Shown piece by piece: positions 60,651 to 64,000 of a stretch of 64,000 nt of DNA (its first letter is position 1; each line of letters opens with the position of its first letter). A model generated the notes under the pieces. The model searched no databases, was not told the origin of the DNA, and saw only the letters and a program-made list of their open reading frames with translations. The stretch lies in NCBI RefSeq assembly GCF_009914755.1, contig NC_060946.1. One strand, given 5' to 3'. This DNA is from the human T2T-CHM13v2.0 reference genome, Homo sapiens. The position numbers and the translations under genes are program-made.

Positions 60651-61158
60651 CATAAGCCCAGCTTTCTTCCCCACTTACCACATTCAATCAGAGTTAGCTA
60701 TTTTATTAATTCACCCACACAAAGATTCAGAAGTCCCACACTGGATGCCTTTTCTGTGCTGGGCATCAGGGCAGAGCCGTGAATGTAACCTACCCCCTGC
60801 CCTGGAGAGATCTGTGTGCGGACAGACATTGGAGGAGTAGGGAAAATGCTCTGGCCCACTGAGCTCCGTCATTTTCCTCCTGGCAGGTATTTTCCATGCT
60901 GTCTCATAGATGGATGGGGCTGAGCATCTGACTTGTGGCCAAGAGCCATGAGCAACGGTGGGGTTCACCGCTTCCAGACCTGCCTCCTACAAGGCCTTTT
61001 TATCTCCCTGCCCCTTTTCTTTCTCCATTTGCCAGCTGGATGCAGAGGGCAAAGTGGAGTTCCCTGAGGCCCAGGGAGGATGTGAAGCCACCAGAACAAA
61101 GAGGCCTGAGTCCCTGAGTGACCATGTGGAGCAGAGCACTCTCCCAGTTCTTGCCCGC

Positions 61159-61556
61159 TGTATTAGCTTGTTCTCGCATTCTATAGAGGAATACTCAAGG
61201 CTGGGTAATTTATAAAGAAAAGAGGTTTAATTGGCTCACAGTTCTGCAGGCTGTACAGGCATGGCTCCAGCATCTGCCCCTGGTAGGGCCTTTGGAAGCT
61301 TCCAATCATGGTGGAAGATGAAGGGGGAGCCAGTGCATCACATGGAAACAGCTGAAGCAAAAGAGAGGGTGGAGGAGGTCCCAGACTCTTTTAAACAACC
61401 AGATCTCATGTGAACTAACTGAGCAAGGACTCATCACCAAGGGTTGGTACTAAGCCATTCATAAGAGATCCACCCCCATGATTCAGGCCCTACCTCTAAT
61501 ACTGGGAATCACATTTCAATGTGAGATTTGGAGGGGACAAATATCCAAACCATATC
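61159..61556 (-). mobile_element. MSTA/MSTB-type solo LTR (apparently within an older MLT1 remnant)
   Basis: GGGTAATTTATAAAGAAAAGAGGTTTAATTGGCTCACAGTTCTGCAGGCTGTACAG..TTTTAAACAACCAGATCTC..ATCCAAACCATATC. Confidence 0.9.
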
Positions 61557-63410
61557 CCTAGCTTAGGTGACTGGTTGTTGCATGGAGCCGCTGAGATATG
61601 GGAGTTGTGTATTGCAGCCATTACATGCTCTGGTGGGGGCCAGCCAGTGGGGTGCCTGGGTGGGCCTGGAAGTGAGATGCCAGCCCCTCCTCCTGGTGCA
61701 AGAGCGGCTGAGAAAAGCCCTCATCCTTGCCTCCAGTCGACATGCACAGTGCCATGTGGTGAGGGCCCAGTGATGGGATGAAGGAAGGAGCCAGGGAGAG
61801 CCCATTCCCCGAGAAGGCTGGGCCTTCCTCTTTGCTGTTGTGGACGCTCGCATCAGAAACCCATACAGTCTTTGAGAGTGGGACACTCCATCTTCTTGGT
61901 GCCTGTGTCCCCTGGATTAGCACAGGCCTGTCCCAGGTAGGCCCTCCATGTGCTAGAGTTGAGCACAGCAGCTTCTGGAAGGTGGGAAAGAAACTGGTAG
62001 AGACCAAAATGGTACAAAAGTTCCTTCTTTCCCACACACAGGACTCACTCCCAGCACCTGAGAAGGGAAGTGGGCGATTACCTGAGTGAGATGTTCCCAT
62101 CTCAACACTGTCATCATTTAAAGACTGTTGTTTGATCTTATCATCACAACTGGTACATTACAGCACTTATAGGCACTTACATTAGACAAATGTTAAATAC
62201 ATTATCGAGTTTAAAATGTTATTATGGTAATAGGGTGCCTGATTTCACTGCAGTTCATCTGAAAAGGTTTCAGTGCTTGAGAATATTTCTATTTCAAGGT
62301 TAATTAATAGATAATCATGCTGATTTGCCTCAGAGGGATCTCCTTCGCACACCCGGGCCACTGTGAGTGTCAATTTTTATTATCTGTAAACCTTGTTGCC
62401 GACACACCCTTCCCCTGGGTCCTCCTGCCCCAACACATTCAAGCAAAGCGACTCAGTGCTCACAAGGAGTTTTGACAAGACATGGGTTCCAACACATTTT
62501 ATTCTGTTCACAATGTAGAAAAACCACTGCTTCAGAACACATGTTTTAAATATTAAAGTGCTGAAGGATACATTCAAAAAGTACAAGAACACATAACATA
62601 ATCATCTCCTCAAGGTAATATTAGCACTCAACGGCCAAAAATTGCAGCAAAGAGAAATGGTTGCATCCTTGGAGCTACGTCATCCTGGTTGCCCAAGGTC
62701 TGTTAGAGCAAAGGTCCCTTTCTCTGCAGGGCAGGTCTTTCTTCTGAATCACAGAATGTTGGTTCTGCCATTTTGACCAATAGATTAGTAACCAGTTAAA
62801 CCCAGACTGAAACAATGAGCTGCTAGAGTTTAATTTTTCCTGGTAGGAATTCAATGTAGGGCACTCATCGGAGAAAAAGTCAATTACCCTCTGGCATCCG
62901 CTGCTTGGTTACAGCAGTCACTGCCTATCCATGGACTAATTCAACCAGTAAAACATTTAATGACCATCTACTTAAGGCAGATGCTTGCACAAAGATCAAT
63001 CAGACCCAGACCCAGACCCAAACCCAGAGCTCCATGCCTGGAGCCATCGGAACCTGCACAAAGACGGTGCGGCTTTTGGAGGGAATCTCTTCTAATCCCC
63101 AAATTGATGACCTCTGGAAGAATGTGAGGGAACTCCGCGATCTCTGCTCTGTAAGAACATGGGCCTCTGTGCCTTGGTTCCTGGCTGGTGCCTGCCTCAG
63201 ACTTGCTGCCTGGGTTCCCCCGTGTCCCCACTGCTGCCTCTGCATCTCACTGGCATTTCTCAAGGGCCCACCCTGGCCCAGGCCTCTTCTAGGAGCTTTC
63301 CACGCACTCTCTGATTCCTCCTCCCCACAGAGTGCTGCTGGGTGCTGAGTGGATGGATGGAGGTTGCTGTCACGAGGAAGTGAAGCAGCATATGGAGGAA
63401 ATTTGCAGTA

Positions 63411-63659
63411 CCGCACCCCTCCTAGGCATCCCCAGGCCTGTAACATCACTTTCCTCCTCTCCTCTCTTCCTCTCCGCACCCCTCCTAGGTATCCCCAGGC
63501 CCATAACATCACTCTCCTCCTCTCCTCTCTTCCTCTCCGCACCCCTCCTAGACGTCTCCAGGCCCGTAACATCACTCTCCTCCTCTCCTCTCTTCCTCTC
63601 CGCACCCCTCCTAGGTGTCCCCAGGCCCGTAACATCCCTCTCCTCTCTTCCTCTCCGCA
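63411..63659. repeat. 63-bp tandem repeat, about 4 copies
   Basis: CCGCACCCCTCCTAG unit starts at 63411, 63474, 63537 and 63600; last unit shortened. Confidence 0.95.
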
Positions 63660-63744
63660 AGCACACTTTACAGCTTCCTTTGCAGAATGTCGGGGGAGTC
63701 AATTTTAGCTGTGAGGTGTTGAAAGGCCTTCCTGAAAGAGGTTG

Positions 63745-63821
63745 TTGGAGGAGGAGAAGGAGGAGGAGGAAGAGGGAGACACCTGAAAAGGAAGGGGAGG
63801 AGGAGGAGGAGGAGGAGGAGA
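63745..63821. repeat. (GGA)n / GA-rich purine tract
   Basis: directly visible. Confidence 0.9.
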
Positions 63822-64000
63822 GTTGGAGCACCCCAAAGGATGGGGGTGGGGGGCATTTGCATGGTAGGGATACTCCAGAATCAGCATGTGCAAAGGCTCT
63901 CGAGGGGGTGGGGGTAGGTGGAGTGGTTCAGGCAGGAACATTCTGGAGTCCTTGGTAGATGGGCATACTGTGGTTGAGGGAGTAGGTTGGCTGGATGGGT

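Noticed and set aside
63000-63958. 208-211 aa ORFs with 21-aa repeats
   Set aside because: Produced by the 63-bp VNTR and the GGA tract; open on both strands.

Overview
Primate (very probably human) non-coding DNA, either intergenic or intronic. I could not identify the locus. It is mostly transposon-derived: about 16 Alus (several with intact target-site duplications, TSDs), long decayed L1M blocks (about 6.6-11.3, 22.5-32.5, 45-49.3 and 54.8-57.5 kb), L2/MIR remnants, a truncated HERV-L (MLT2A2 LTR plus internal 3' end), two solo ERV1 LTRs, several MaLR LTRs (MLT1, THE1D, MST), an apparently complete ancient MLT1H-type LTR-internal-LTR element and a MER44 DNA transposon. I find no supportable protein-coding gene, RNA gene or CRISPR array, and no convincing new biological system. 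The supplied ORFs are explained by Alu/L1/MaLR sequence, frame-preserving repeats or chance. The most notable structures are: (i) a 233-bp non-TE segment duplicated 2.7 kb away into a MIR, about 150 bp from an LTR-less THE1/MST internal fragment that keeps its ancestral reading frame behind a splice-acceptor-like junction; (ii) two fold-back (template-switch) hairpins inside L1 remnants; (iii) a 20-bp minisatellite born inside an MLT1E LTR and a 63-bp VNTR; (iv) an Asp/Glu-coding-like triplet tract ending in a strong splice donor. Repeat subfamily names come from my recollection of consensus sequences, and identities are counted by eye. Both need RepeatMasker/Dfam confirmation.
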